Below, piece after piece: positions 30,606 to 40,150 of a DNA stretch of 64,000 nucleotides. The notes below the pieces were generated by a model. It did not search any database, had not been told where the DNA came from, and worked only from the letters and a program-made list of their open reading frames with translations. A program made the position numbers and the translations under genes. How positions within the stretch are numbered: the stretch's first letter is position 1; every line of letters starts with the position of its first letter. This DNA is from Synergistales bacterium (GTDB lineage: Bacteria; Synergistota; Synergistia; Synergistales; JAFGMB01), in contig OY762654.1 of NCBI GenBank assembly GCA_963666205.1, positions 2,400,001 to 2,464,000 on the forward strand. The letters run 5' to 3'.

Positions 30606-31952
30606 TCAGGAGCATCCCTTCCTTAGATATTCCATTTCACCCCTGAAAAGGAACAATGCCACTATACATGCTCCAATGTCTGCTACCGGGAAAGCGACCC
30701 ATATACCCTCAAGCGCCCAGATCAGGGGAAGCACAAGAACCAGGGGTATAAGGAAAAAGATCTGCCTGGCCATTGAAAGCATGAGGGCAGGTATGGCTTT
30801 CCCTATGGCCTGATACATGCCGGATGCCATTACCTGGAATCCTACAACAGGAAGTCCCAGTGCTATTATCCTGGATGCGTGAGAACCGATCTTCAATACT
30901 TCCGGGTTTGATGTGAATAGGCTCAGGATCCATGAGGGGAAAAAGAAAAGAATGCCGAAACTGAAAAGACAGATGGCAGTTGAAACTATTATCGCAAGCT
31001 GAATAGCTCTTTGAACCCTGCAGTATTTTTTTGCCCCGAAGTTATAGCCCACTATGGGAAGTAACCCCTGTACTATGCCAAAGATGGGCATTATGGCCAG
31101 CATCATGAGTCTTCGTATTATTCCGAAGGCCGCGATGGCCATATCTCCACCATAAATAGCAAGACTGTGATTCATTATTACTGCTGTAAGGCTGGCTGCC
31201 CCCTGGCGCATGAAGGCAGATGCTCCTATGGCGAATGTTTCCTTCAGTATGCCGAGGTCAGGGTAAAGATCTTTAAGACCTGGCCGCAGGCTGCTCCGCA
31301 GGGAAAGGAAATACCAGGCAAGCCACAGGGCTGTGCATCCCTGTGAAATAATGGTTGCATATGCAGCACCCCTGACACCCATATGAAAAATAAAAATAAA
31401 AACGGGATCGAGGATAGTGTTTACCCCCGCCGAGATAAGCATTGTCATCATTGCGAATTTTGCATTGCCCTCAGCCCTGACCACATTGTTGGATGTGATG
31501 GAAAAGGCAAAAACCACAGTTCCGAGAAAGATTATGGCCATATAGTCCGAGGCGTAAGGTAGAATATCCTTTGTTGCCCCGAAAAGTAAAAGGATAGGTT
31601 CCAGCCAGACAAGGCCAACAACTGCAATGACAAGACTGAGCAGGATCACTGTTCCTATCATGTTTCCCAGAGTTCTGTTAGCCCTGCCGTATTTTCTGGC
31701 ACCCAGACTTCGGGAAATTATGGAGGAACCACCGATACCTATGGTCTGGGCAATGGCCATTATTATCATCTGAAGTGGAAATGCAATTGACAGGCCGGCT
31801 ATGGCAAGAACCCCGACTCCTCTTCCTACAAAAAAAGTATCAACAAGATTGTAGGTAGCCTGAACCATCATCCCGATCATTGCCGGAGAGGACAGCCTGA
31901 AAAGCAGGGAACCGATTCCCTCATTTCCCATAAAATCAGATCTGTCTGTCAT
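30606..31952 (-). CDS. MATE family efflux transporter
   Basis: Motifs YNLVDTFFVG and NTILDPVFIF...GVRGAAYAT; 12-TM pattern. Confidence 0.92.
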   Translation of the reverse strand: MTDRSDFMGNEGIGSLLFRLSSPAMIGMMVQATYNLVDTFFVGRGVGVLAIAGLSIAFPLQMIIMAIAQTIGIGGSSIISRSLGARKYGRANRTLGNMIGTVILLSLVIAVVGLVWLEPILLLFGATKDILPYASDYMAIIFLGTVVFAFSITSNNVVRAEGNAKFAMMTMLISAGVNTILDPVFIFIFHMGVRGAAYATIISQGCTALWLAWYFLSLRSSLRPGLKDLYPDLGILKETFAIGASAFMRQGAASLTAVIMNHSLAIYGGDMAIAAFGIIRRLMMLAIMPIFGIVQGLLPIVGYNFGAKKYCRVQRAIQLAIIVSTAICLFSFGILFFFPSWILSLFTSNPEVLKIGSHASRIIALGLPVVGFQVMASGMYQAIGKAIPALMLSMARQIFFLIPLVLVLPLIWALEGIWVAFPVADIGACIVALFLFRGEMEYLRKGCS

Positions 31953-32161
31953 TGAAATACCCCCGATCATCTGCCTTAAAGTATAGCAGAAACACCTTTT
32001 TTCCCTACGCCTTCAGCCTGCTTTAACAAACTTCAGAACTTTCACTCTGGTATCTTTAACGTGAATAGAACTTGTCTTTTCTTTTTAGCATTTAACAGCT
32101 ATAATGCCACAACTGCCGTATAATGAAACACAACTTATGCTTCAATTCTGGAGGACAATTA

Positions 32162-32836
32162 ATGGCATCAATGAATTACTGGGACCACAACGTAGATCTG
32201 AGGATCGTTTCATGGTTCCCCCTGGGCAGAGACTACAAGCCTGTTTCCATAAATGCATATCACAGTAATGTTCTGGAGAACATTGCCAGCCTGTCTCTTG
32301 ACCTGGACAGTGAGCTGTTCTGTCTCACAAGTCTTAAAAGCGGTTATGTCGGTTCTCTCCTGAGGGATAACATGCTTATTCCTGGTAAGGATATAAAGGT
32401 TGACCTGGGTTTTACCATGGTTTTCGGTTACTCACATAAAATGGAATCCCTTCTTTTCAGCCTGCTGAAGGGAATCCAGGGTATAAATGGAGGCATTACG
32501 ACATGTACGTTGTGGAATAATGATCTCTTCCTCGACAGTTTTAAATCAATAATACTTGTTAGTACAAATCCCCTGTTCGATGAAGAAAGTTTCTTTACTC
32601 TTCTTGTAAAGGCTATGAAAATCGTCTCTGATGCAAGTTCATCCATGACCTATTTTGCAGAAAAATTCGGTTACACCAGGTTCTTCATACCCTTTGAAAC
32701 TGACAATCCTACCAGTCTTCAGATATCCCGTTACCTCTATGAGATGGAATTTGAGGAAACTCGAAAAACAGTAGGACCTTCACCGGAGAGATCCCTCCCT
32801 GAAGTAATTGGCCTTATGCTCAAGGAGGAGGAATAG
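32162..32836 (+). CDS. Hypothetical protein
   Basis: Long ORF in otherwise unoccupied space with a GGAGG RBS; no motif recognised. Confidence 0.7.
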   Translation: MASMNYWDHNVDLRIVSWFPLGRDYKPVSINAYHSNVLENIASLSLDLDSELFCLTSLKSGYVGSLLRDNMLIPGKDIKVDLGFTMVFGYSHKMESLLFSLLKGIQGINGGITTCTLWNNDLFLDSFKSIILVSTNPLFDEESFFTLLVKAMKIVSDASSSMTYFAEKFGYTRFFIPFETDNPTSLQISRYLYEMEFEETRKTVGPSPERSLPEVIGLMLKEEE

Positions 32837-33296
32837 GGTCAGCAAGGAGTATATTAAAATTAAGTTTAAAAAATGTGTCCTGTGAAGGGATTTTACCTCA
32901 GTGGAATTCAATTCAGGTACAGATCTGGCAGGGAGTTAAGGTTATTATCCTGGTTTTCCGGTTTCATGGAACGGGGTAACCTTTTACCTTACTACCCATC
33001 CCATCACAGGTTTGTACCAGGATTATTCCATCCAGGCCTCCAGGATCGATCAATTGCCATCATCATGGAGTTAACATAGTTCACCTCCCTTTTTTTTTTG
33101 ACATCTTTATTGCAGGGCGTGCAATTTTATGGTTATTCCTGTACAATATCCTTTTGTTGCATAAACTGCCAAAAAGAGTTATCCTATTCTAACACTCCGC
33201 AGTATGCAGTCTGAATTTCTATCCAAACATTCAATATTTGAGATTAAGGGTCAAAAATTCAACGCTAGTCTAAAAACTGGAGGGAAATTACTGCCT

Positions 33297-34442
33297 ATGG
33301 ATATCAAGGACGATAATAACACCCAGCAACTTGATGCCAGGGAATTTTCCAATGAAGATCTCATAGGTTACATGGACAAGATCCGTGAACTTATCCATGA
33401 GGGACGGGAAAAGGGTTTTGTAAGCCAGAAGGATATTGAAAAATTTATTCCCATTGAGATCTGGAGTACGGAGATCCTCGAAAATGTGGTTACAAACCTT
33501 ATGGAACTGGGAATAAGGGTCGTAGAGGAAGAGAAGGAAGAAGAGGTTGTAAGCGGAGAAGCTTCCCTTGTCGAAACAGTGGAAGATTCGGAACTTGGAA
33601 AGCTTGACGATATTCCGCTCACAGACCCTGTACGAATGTACCTGAGAGAGATAGGTAAAGTACCTCTTCTGAGCCCGGCTCAGGAGGTGGAACTGGCCAA
33701 GAGAGTTGAGGCAGGGGATCCCCTTGCCAAAAAGAAGATAGTCGATGCCAACCTCCGCCTTGTGGTAAGTATAGCCAAGAAATATATTGGTAGAGGAATG
33801 CTTTTCCTGGACCTGATCCAGGAGGGTAACCTTGGCCTTATCAGGGCAGTGGAAAAATTCGATTATCGCAAGGGATTCAAGTTCAGTACCTACGCAACCT
33901 GGTGGATACGCCAGGCCATAACCAGGGCCATAGCAGACCAGGCCAGGACTATAAGAGTTCCTGTTCACATGGTGGAGACCATCAACAAGATGGTAAGGAT
34001 CTCAAGACAGCTGGTCCAGCGTCTGGGCAGGGAACCCACAGATGATGAAATAGCAGCGGAAATGGAAATTGAGGAGGGCAAGGTGGAAGAGATCCGCCGT
34101 ATTGCCCAGCTCCCTGTTTCCCTGGAAACACCAATAGGAGAAGAGGAAGACAGTCAGCTAGGAGATTTCATTGAGGACAGAGATCTTCCGAGCCCTGAAG
34201 AGTCTGCAGCGGGTCATCTTCTGCGGGAGCAGATCGAGGAAATGCTTGGAGCTCTTTCAGAGAGGGAAAAGGAAGTCCTCCATTACCGCTTCGGACTGGA
34301 AGACGGACGTTCCTATACCCTGGAAGAAGTGGGTAAACGTTTCGGTGTAACCCGTGAACGAATACGCCAGATCGAGGCCAAGGCACTCAGGAAATTGCGC
34401 CATCCCAGCAGAAGCAAAAAACTGCGCGATTTCCTTGATTAA
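33297..34442 (+). CDS. rpoD: Primary RNA polymerase sigma factor
   Basis: Region 1.1 present; [50 protein letters not shown] and TRERIRQIE. Confidence 0.97.
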   Translation: MDIKDDNNTQQLDAREFSNEDLIGYMDKIRELIHEGREKGFVSQKDIEKFIPIEIWSTEILENVVTNLMELGIRVVEEEKEEEVVSGEASLVETVEDSELGKLDDIPLTDPVRMYLREIGKVPLLSPAQEVELAKRVEAGDPLAKKKIVDANLRLVVSIAKKYIGRGMLFLDLIQEGNLGLIRAVEKFDYRKGFKFSTYATWWIRQAITRAIADQARTIRVPVHMVETINKMVRISRQLVQRLGREPTDDEIAAEMEIEEGKVEEIRRIAQLPVSLETPIGEEEDSQLGDFIEDRDLPSPEESAAGHLLREQIEEMLGALSEREKEVLHYRFGLEDGRSYTLEEVGKRFGVTRERIRQIEAKALRKLRHPSRSKKLRDFLD

Positions 34443-34460
34443 AAATAACAATACATAGAG

Positions 34461-34482
34461 GGGAGGCCGGCAGGCCTCCCCT
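34461..34482 (+). terminator. Hairpin terminator after rpoD
   Basis: GGGAGGCC-ggca-GGCCTCCC followed by TTGTT. Confidence 0.7.
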
Positions 34483-34502
34483 TGTTATAACAGAATTTTT
34501 CT

Positions 34503-34524
34503 ATAGGATGCGCTTCAGCGCATC
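34503..34524 (+). repeat. REP copy 1
   Basis: ATAG-GATGCGC-TTCA-GCGCATC, identical to copies flanking the RAYT gene. Confidence 0.9.
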
Positions 34525-34531
34525 AAAAAAC

Positions 34532-35713
34532 TTACATCGATACCATGGCCAGGATCTTTGTAAAGGTCACCATACAGATTATAGCTACCGGGTATGTCGC
34601 CCCGTACCCGGCTCCACATTCTTCCCCTCCTGTGGCATCAATAGCTGCTCCCAGCCCTGGAGTGCTTGTCATTGCTCCACATATGGCGCCTGCAAGAAGG
34701 ATCCAGTTTATTCTGAAGACGTACCTTCCGATAAAGAACCCCGCCAGCTCTGCTCCCAGTGCTGCCAGAAGACCTATGGCCATTATTGCCAGACCATTCT
34801 CACTCAGTGCTTCCAGAACTTTAGGTCCGGCCATCAGACCCACCACGGCGAGGAAGTAGGCAAGAGATAGGGAACGGAGGGCAGAAAGGGTACGGTGATC
34901 CATTCTCATCGGAAAGGGACCAAGTCTTCCCATGGAACCGAAAACCAGGGCGATTATCAGAGCTCCGCCGGTTGTCCCCAGGGAAAGTTTTCCGAGACCG
35001 GGAAGATTAACTGATATTTTCCCGAAGGCTACTCCGCAGACTATGCATATTACGAAGGATAAAAGGGAAAAAGAGAGGGATTCTCTTTTGGATTCTCCAC
35101 CCTCATCTGAAACCGGGTGGAAAGACCTTTTCAGTTCCTCCCTTTCCTTCTCAAGGTCGAAATGGAAAAGAGAAGGAGCCAGTTGAACGAAAAGTACAAC
35201 AGCTATTACGCCAAAGGGATAGGCAATGGTGTACCCGATGGTTACAAGAGGATTTCCTCCCGTTGTTTCCAGGGCTGCGCCAAGGCCTGGCGAACTGGTG
35301 AGTGCTCCAGTGTATGATCCTGCAACAAGAAGGGGATCGATACCTCCGCTTGAGGCCAGTATACTGCCAAGGAAAAAGGTTATAAGGGCACCCACGGAGG
35401 TGACCACAATTCCCAGGATTATGAACTTTGCGCCGTAGTGTTTTACCACGGTCACTATATCCTCAGATGCCAGAAGTCCTACTGCGACGACAAAGATAAC
35501 AAGATTCCATGTGAAGTAGGCATAGGGGACAGTAAAACCCATAAGTCCCAGAGCCAGGCCAGTGAAAAGGGCTCCTGATGTTCCTAGACCTATTCCACTG
35601 ATCCTTATCCTGCCTATCATGAGTCCGGATGCAACAGCCAGGCTCATTAGAAAAATATGATTCTCGAACAGTTCTGCGATGTAATCCAAAATGCTTCCCC
35701 CGTTTATTATCAT
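34532..35713 (-). CDS. AspT/YidE/YbjL-family permease (duplicated TM domain, no TrkA-C domains)
   Basis: Duplicated motifs GALTSSPGLGAA and GAMTSTPGLGAA, each followed by GY(T/G)(I/A)xYP. Confidence 0.85.
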   Translation of the reverse strand: MIINGGSILDYIAELFENHIFLMSLAVASGLMIGRIRISGIGLGTSGALFTGLALGLMGFTVPYAYFTWNLVIFVVAVGLLASEDIVTVVKHYGAKFIILGIVVTSVGALITFFLGSILASSGGIDPLLVAGSYTGALTSSPGLGAALETTGGNPLVTIGYTIAYPFGVIAVVLFVQLAPSLFHFDLEKEREELKRSFHPVSDEGGESKRESLSFSLLSFVICIVCGVAFGKISVNLPGLGKLSLGTTGGALIIALVFGSMGRLGPFPMRMDHRTLSALRSLSLAYFLAVVGLMAGPKVLEALSENGLAIMAIGLLAALGAELAGFFIGRYVFRINWILLAGAICGAMTSTPGLGAAIDATGGEECGAGYGATYPVAIICMVTFTKILAMVSM

Positions 35714-35966
35714 ATAGGTGACATTATATAGCAGTTAACCACCATATCTCCATAGTCATACAATTCCAGCAGCCTGAACTTTCTGTTAAGATATCATTAT
35801 GACAGAGTTTTTGTGAAGTGTTTAATAGTATGGTTTTGAGTGCCTCTAAATACTGTGGAAATAAGACTTGCTTCTGCGCGATTTAATGGCAATATAATTA
35901 ATATATGAAAGATCCGTTCATCAGGACAATGACAGTATCTTACTGTCTGGTCGGCTCCAGTTTTGT

Positions 35967-35988
35967 ATAGGATGCGCTTCAGCGCAAC
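35967..35988 (+). repeat. REP copy 2
   Basis: ATAGGATGCGCTTCAGCGCAAC (one mismatch to consensus). Confidence 0.85.
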
Positions 35989-36086
35989 AAAAAAGACCAA
36001 TTTTAATGTTTTTCCCAAAATAGCACATCCAAAATTAAGTTGTTTTTGTGATGGCAAAATTACCTGTTTTTTTTCGAGGTGGTTAA

Positions 36087-37112
36087 ATGTCTACTTATTC
36101 AGAAATTCAGGAGAAACTCAGATCCATGCCCCGTAAATGGCTGGTAACCGGTGCTGCCGGTTTCATTGGTTCTAACATCGTTGGAAAACTCCTCGAACTT
36201 GACCAGACAGTTGCAGGAATTGATAACCTTTCCAGTGGATACAGAAAGAATATCGACCAGGTGCTGGACTGTATTACCTCCGAACAGGCAGCCCGCTTTA
36301 CCTTCATTCAAGGCGATATAACCGATCTGAAAACCTGTGCATCCGCATGTAAGGATATTGAAAATGTCCTTCATCACGCAGCCCAGGTAAGTGTTCCAGC
36401 CTCCGTCGAAGACCCTTTATACAACAATAGAGTCAATGTTGATGGCTTCCTGAATATCCTTGCCTCCTCAAAAGATAGCGGGGTAAAAAGGGTGGTATAT
36501 GCATCTTCAAGCGCCGTTTACGGAAATGACCCGGAACTTCCAAAACACGAAGAAATGAAATGTAATCCCATTTCCCCTTATGGACTCACAAAACTTATGG
36601 ATGAAATGTACGCACGTTTCTTTTTCGAAAGCTGTGGACTGGAAACAGTTGGCCTCCGTTATTTTAATGTCTTTGGCCCGAGGCAGGACCCCGATGGAGC
36701 CTATGCCGCGGTAATTCCCAAATGGATCTCGGCATTTATGGATGGGAAACAGCCCGTAATATACGGAGATGGAGAACAGACCCGTGACTTCTGTTATGTG
36801 GAAAACGTAGTGCAGGCCAATATCCTGGCTGCCTGTTCAGAGAATGGAGAAGCAGGAGGAAATGTCTTTAATGTTGCCTGTGAAAGGTCTATGGATCTTA
36901 ACGAACTCTTCGTTCTCATAAAGGAACATCTATCTTTGAGAGATCCGGATTTCGAAGCTGTAATGCCCAGGTATCTTCCACCAAGGACAGGTGATATAAA
37001 ACACTCCTGGGCAAGTATCGAAAAGATCCGGGAATATCTTGGATACGAGCCTGTCCATTCAGTATCAGAAGGCCTTGCAGCGGCACTGGACTGGTATATG
37101 ACAAATCTGTAA
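36087..37112 (+). CDS. WbpP/TviC-like UDP-HexNAc(A) C4-epimerase
   Basis: Motifs WLVTGAAGFIGS, YGLTK and LRYFNVFGPRQDPDGAYAAVIPKW. Confidence 0.85.
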   Translation: MSTYSEIQEKLRSMPRKWLVTGAAGFIGSNIVGKLLELDQTVAGIDNLSSGYRKNIDQVLDCITSEQAARFTFIQGDITDLKTCASACKDIENVLHHAAQVSVPASVEDPLYNNRVNVDGFLNILASSKDSGVKRVVYASSSAVYGNDPELPKHEEMKCNPISPYGLTKLMDEMYARFFFESCGLETVGLRYFNVFGPRQDPDGAYAAVIPKWISAFMDGKQPVIYGDGEQTRDFCYVENVVQANILAACSENGEAGGNVFNVACERSMDLNELFVLIKEHLSLRDPDFEAVMPRYLPPRTGDIKHSWASIEKIREYLGYEPVHSVSEGLAAALDWYMTNL

Positions 37113-37197
37113 CAACAAATAGATCTGTACGAAAAAATATTTCCTGGTATAAGCTTCCATGTGAAGTTATTACAGGAACAGCAGGAGGTCCTGATAG

Positions 37198-38175
37198 ATG
37201 ATCCTGGTAACAGGAGGAGCTGGATACATAGGAAGCCACGTTGTTCTCGAACTTGTAAGAACAGGAAAGGAAGTTATCGTTTTAGATAACCTGAGCCGGG
37301 GCCATAAAGAACTTGCCTTCGGAGATGTTTTTGAGGAGGGGGACCTGCAGAATTTTTCATTCGTAGATCAAGTATTTAAAAAATATAATGTCGAAGCAGT
37401 TGTCCATTTTGCCGCCAGCAGCCTGGTCGGTGAATCCATGACAAGCCCCGAAGATTATTATTACAACAATATCTTTGGATCCCTCAATCTCCTTCGGGCC
37501 ATGCGTATGAACGATGTGCACCGAATAGTCTTTTCATCTACTGCAGCGGTCTATGGAGAACCCGAAAATATCCCCATTTCAGAATCGGAAGAACTGATCC
37601 CGACAAATGTTTATGGAGAAACCAAGCTCTTCATAGAAAGCATGCTTGAAAGATACAGTCATGCCTATGGTTTGAATAGTATAGCTTTTCGGTATTTCAA
37701 TGCTGCGGGCGCGGATGCTGAAGGAAGAACAGGAGAGGACCATATCCCGGAAACACATCTTATCCCCATTATCCTGGATGTAGCTCTGGGCAAACGAGAG
37801 AACATTACTGTCTTTGGAAATGACTATTCCACTTCCGATGGGACCTGTATAAGGGATTACATTCATGTTACTGACCTTGCCAGTGCCCATGTCCTTGGTC
37901 TTGAAAAACTGCTTTCAGGACAACAGGGGAGGAACAGTTATAACCTGGGTAACGGAAAGGGGTATTCCGTATTCCAGATCATAGAAAGTGTCAGAGAGGT
38001 TACTCAAAAGAAAATTCCAGTAGTGGAAGGGAAAAGAAGGCAGGGAGATCCGGCAGTTCTTGTTGCATCATCAGCAAAGGCTGAAAGTCAACTTGGCTGG
38101 GTCCAGAAACATACCGACATAAAGGAGATCGTCTCCACCGCCTGGAACTGGCATCAGAGACGTTTTTCTAAGTGA
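37198..38175 (+). CDS. galE: UDP-glucose 4-epimerase
   Basis: Motifs GGAGYIGSH, FSSTAAVYG, YGETK, RYFNAAGA and DGTCIRDYIHV. Confidence 0.93.
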   Translation: MILVTGGAGYIGSHVVLELVRTGKEVIVLDNLSRGHKELAFGDVFEEGDLQNFSFVDQVFKKYNVEAVVHFAASSLVGESMTSPEDYYYNNIFGSLNLLRAMRMNDVHRIVFSSTAAVYGEPENIPISESEELIPTNVYGETKLFIESMLERYSHAYGLNSIAFRYFNAAGADAEGRTGEDHIPETHLIPIILDVALGKRENITVFGNDYSTSDGTCIRDYIHVTDLASAHVLGLEKLLSGQQGRNSYNLGNGKGYSVFQIIESVREVTQKKIPVVEGKRRQGDPAVLVASSAKAESQLGWVQKHTDIKEIVSTAWNWHQRRFSK

Positions 38176-38319
38176 TTTACGTGAAAATGGTGTAAATATT
38201 CATAGCCAGGGAAATCATCATGCATGAGCAGGTATTAATACAGGATGGGTTTACACCCATCCTGTATGTTTTTAAATGTCCAATAGTCCGCCCGGATCTG
38301 TTCAGGACTGTCAAAGACA

Positions 38320-39873
38320 CTAATCGCCCTTCTTTTTCAATCCCTTCATCCATTCGATACGGTAAAGATCCTGTCTTCTGCTCTGCAGGTTCCGTACGCT
38401 TCCTGTCTGCCTGAGCTCCTTTATAAGGTTGACGTCCAGATCCGCGATAAGGGTCATTTCCGTATTTGGTGTTGCTTCCGCGGCAATGGCATCATGGGGA
38501 AAGGCAAAATCAGAAGGAGTGAATACCGCAGCCTGGGAATACTGAATATCCATGTTCTCGACTTTGGGTATGTTCCCCACGCTTCCACCGATGGCGACGT
38601 AACATTCATTCTCTATTGCTCTTGCCTGGGAACACCGCCTTATCCGCAGGTAAGCATTTTTGGTATCAGTCCAGAAGGGGATAAAGAGTATGTTCATTCC
38701 CTGTTCGGCCAGATAGCGGGGAAGTTCAGGAAACTCCACGTCGTAACATATAAGGATGCCGATCTTTCCCACATCTGTATCGAAAACCTTCAGCTGATCT
38801 CCTCCCTGCAGACCCCAGAATTTGTATTCATCAGGAGTTATATGCAGTTTGTACTGCTGGTCCCATGTTCCGTTCCTCCGGAGAAGAAAGCAGACATTGT
38901 GGAGTTTGTTATCCTTGTATTCCGGAACGCTACCTGAAATGATATTTATGTTATAGCTTACCGCCATCTTGAGAAGTTCCTCTCGAAGACTGTCAGTATG
39001 TTCAGCCAGCGATCTCATGGCTTCTGCCGCATCCTCCTGGTCGTAATGGGCTATCAGGGGCAGGTTGAATAGTTCAGGGAACATTACAACATCTGCGTTA
39101 TAGCTGGCCAGAACATCTACAAAGAATTCAACCTGGTGAAGAAATTCCTCAAAGGAATCAAAAAGTCTCATCTGCCACTGCACTATACCTATCCTTGCGT
39201 AGGTCTTGACCCTGGGAATAAGCCTTTTCTTTTCCTCGTAGTAAATGTTATTCCATTCAAGGATCACTCCCACTCCCCTTGACTCTTTATCTGCCGGCCA
39301 GTAATTCCTTGCGACCTTCTTGAAATGAAAATCATTGCTCAGCTGAAAGGTAAGGACCGGATCATTTATCTCCCGGTTCTTCACCTGGAGGATGTATTGC
39401 CTGGGAGTCATTTCTTCTGCATATTCCGAATAACCCGGTATTCGTCCTCCTATGATGATACCCTTGAGGTTCAAATTCTCTGAAAGTTCTTTCCGGGCGT
39501 CATAAAGACGTCTGCCCAGCCGCATTTCCCGGTAATCAGGATCGACGAATATGTCTATCCCGTAAAGAAAATCCCCGTCGGGATCGTGGTTCTTTAGCAT
39601 TCCGTCACCAACGATCTGGCGGTAAGTATGATTATCACCATAACTTGCGTAATCAATAATGAGGCTCAGAGCTGCTGCAGCAACCCTTCCACGATCATCT
39701 ATACATATCTGTCCAGCCGGAAAGCGGCGGATCATGGAATTGAACTGTTCCTGAGTCCAGGCTCCTCCCATGGAACCGTAGACCTTGTCCATTATCCTCT
39801 TTACATCCTCGTAATCCCCTTTTCTCAAGGGTCTCAGGTTTAAGAGGTATTCGTCCTGTATCCTGTCTGTCAT
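38320..39873 (-). CDS. Bifunctional GNAT acetyltransferase / carbon-nitrogen hydrolase (YhcX-like)
   Basis: N-terminal GNAT (VDPDYREMRLGRRLY) and C-terminal nitrilase-fold triad (FPE, YKLH, ICYDVEFPE). Confidence 0.9.
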   Translation of the reverse strand: MTDRIQDEYLLNLRPLRKGDYEDVKRIMDKVYGSMGGAWTQEQFNSMIRRFPAGQICIDDRGRVAAAALSLIIDYASYGDNHTYRQIVGDGMLKNHDPDGDFLYGIDIFVDPDYREMRLGRRLYDARKELSENLNLKGIIIGGRIPGYSEYAEEMTPRQYILQVKNREINDPVLTFQLSNDFHFKKVARNYWPADKESRGVGVILEWNNIYYEEKKRLIPRVKTYARIGIVQWQMRLFDSFEEFLHQVEFFVDVLASYNADVVMFPELFNLPLIAHYDQEDAAEAMRSLAEHTDSLREELLKMAVSYNINIISGSVPEYKDNKLHNVCFLLRRNGTWDQQYKLHITPDEYKFWGLQGGDQLKVFDTDVGKIGILICYDVEFPELPRYLAEQGMNILFIPFWTDTKNAYLRIRRCSQARAIENECYVAIGGSVGNIPKVENMDIQYSQAAVFTPSDFAFPHDAIAAEATPNTEMTLIADLDVNLIKELRQTGSVRNLQSRRQDLYRIEWMKGLKKKGD

Positions 39874-40028
39874 TTCTCTATCACTCCCTTAAAACAGAGC
39901 AAATAAATATTCGTTTCCAGAAATTGTATCATTCAGCTCAAAACACTACCCATGTTCGTAAGATATATAACCTTGAATTGATCTTAGTAGAATAGGCTTA
40001 AGCCCATCTCTATCAAGCCCAGTTAAAA

Positions 40029-40050
40029 ATAGGATGTGCTTCAGCGCATC
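40029..40050 (+). repeat. REP copy 3
   Basis: ATAGGATGTGCTTCAGCGCATC, identical to copies 5 and 8. Confidence 0.9.
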
Positions 40051-40150
40051 GTCGGGAAACTTTGCGACTTGGCAGTGAAAGTGGTTTATGGGGCTCAATC
40101 TGCCTTCGGGTTTCAATCCAAAATCCAAAATTGGCGATCGAAAATTGATC

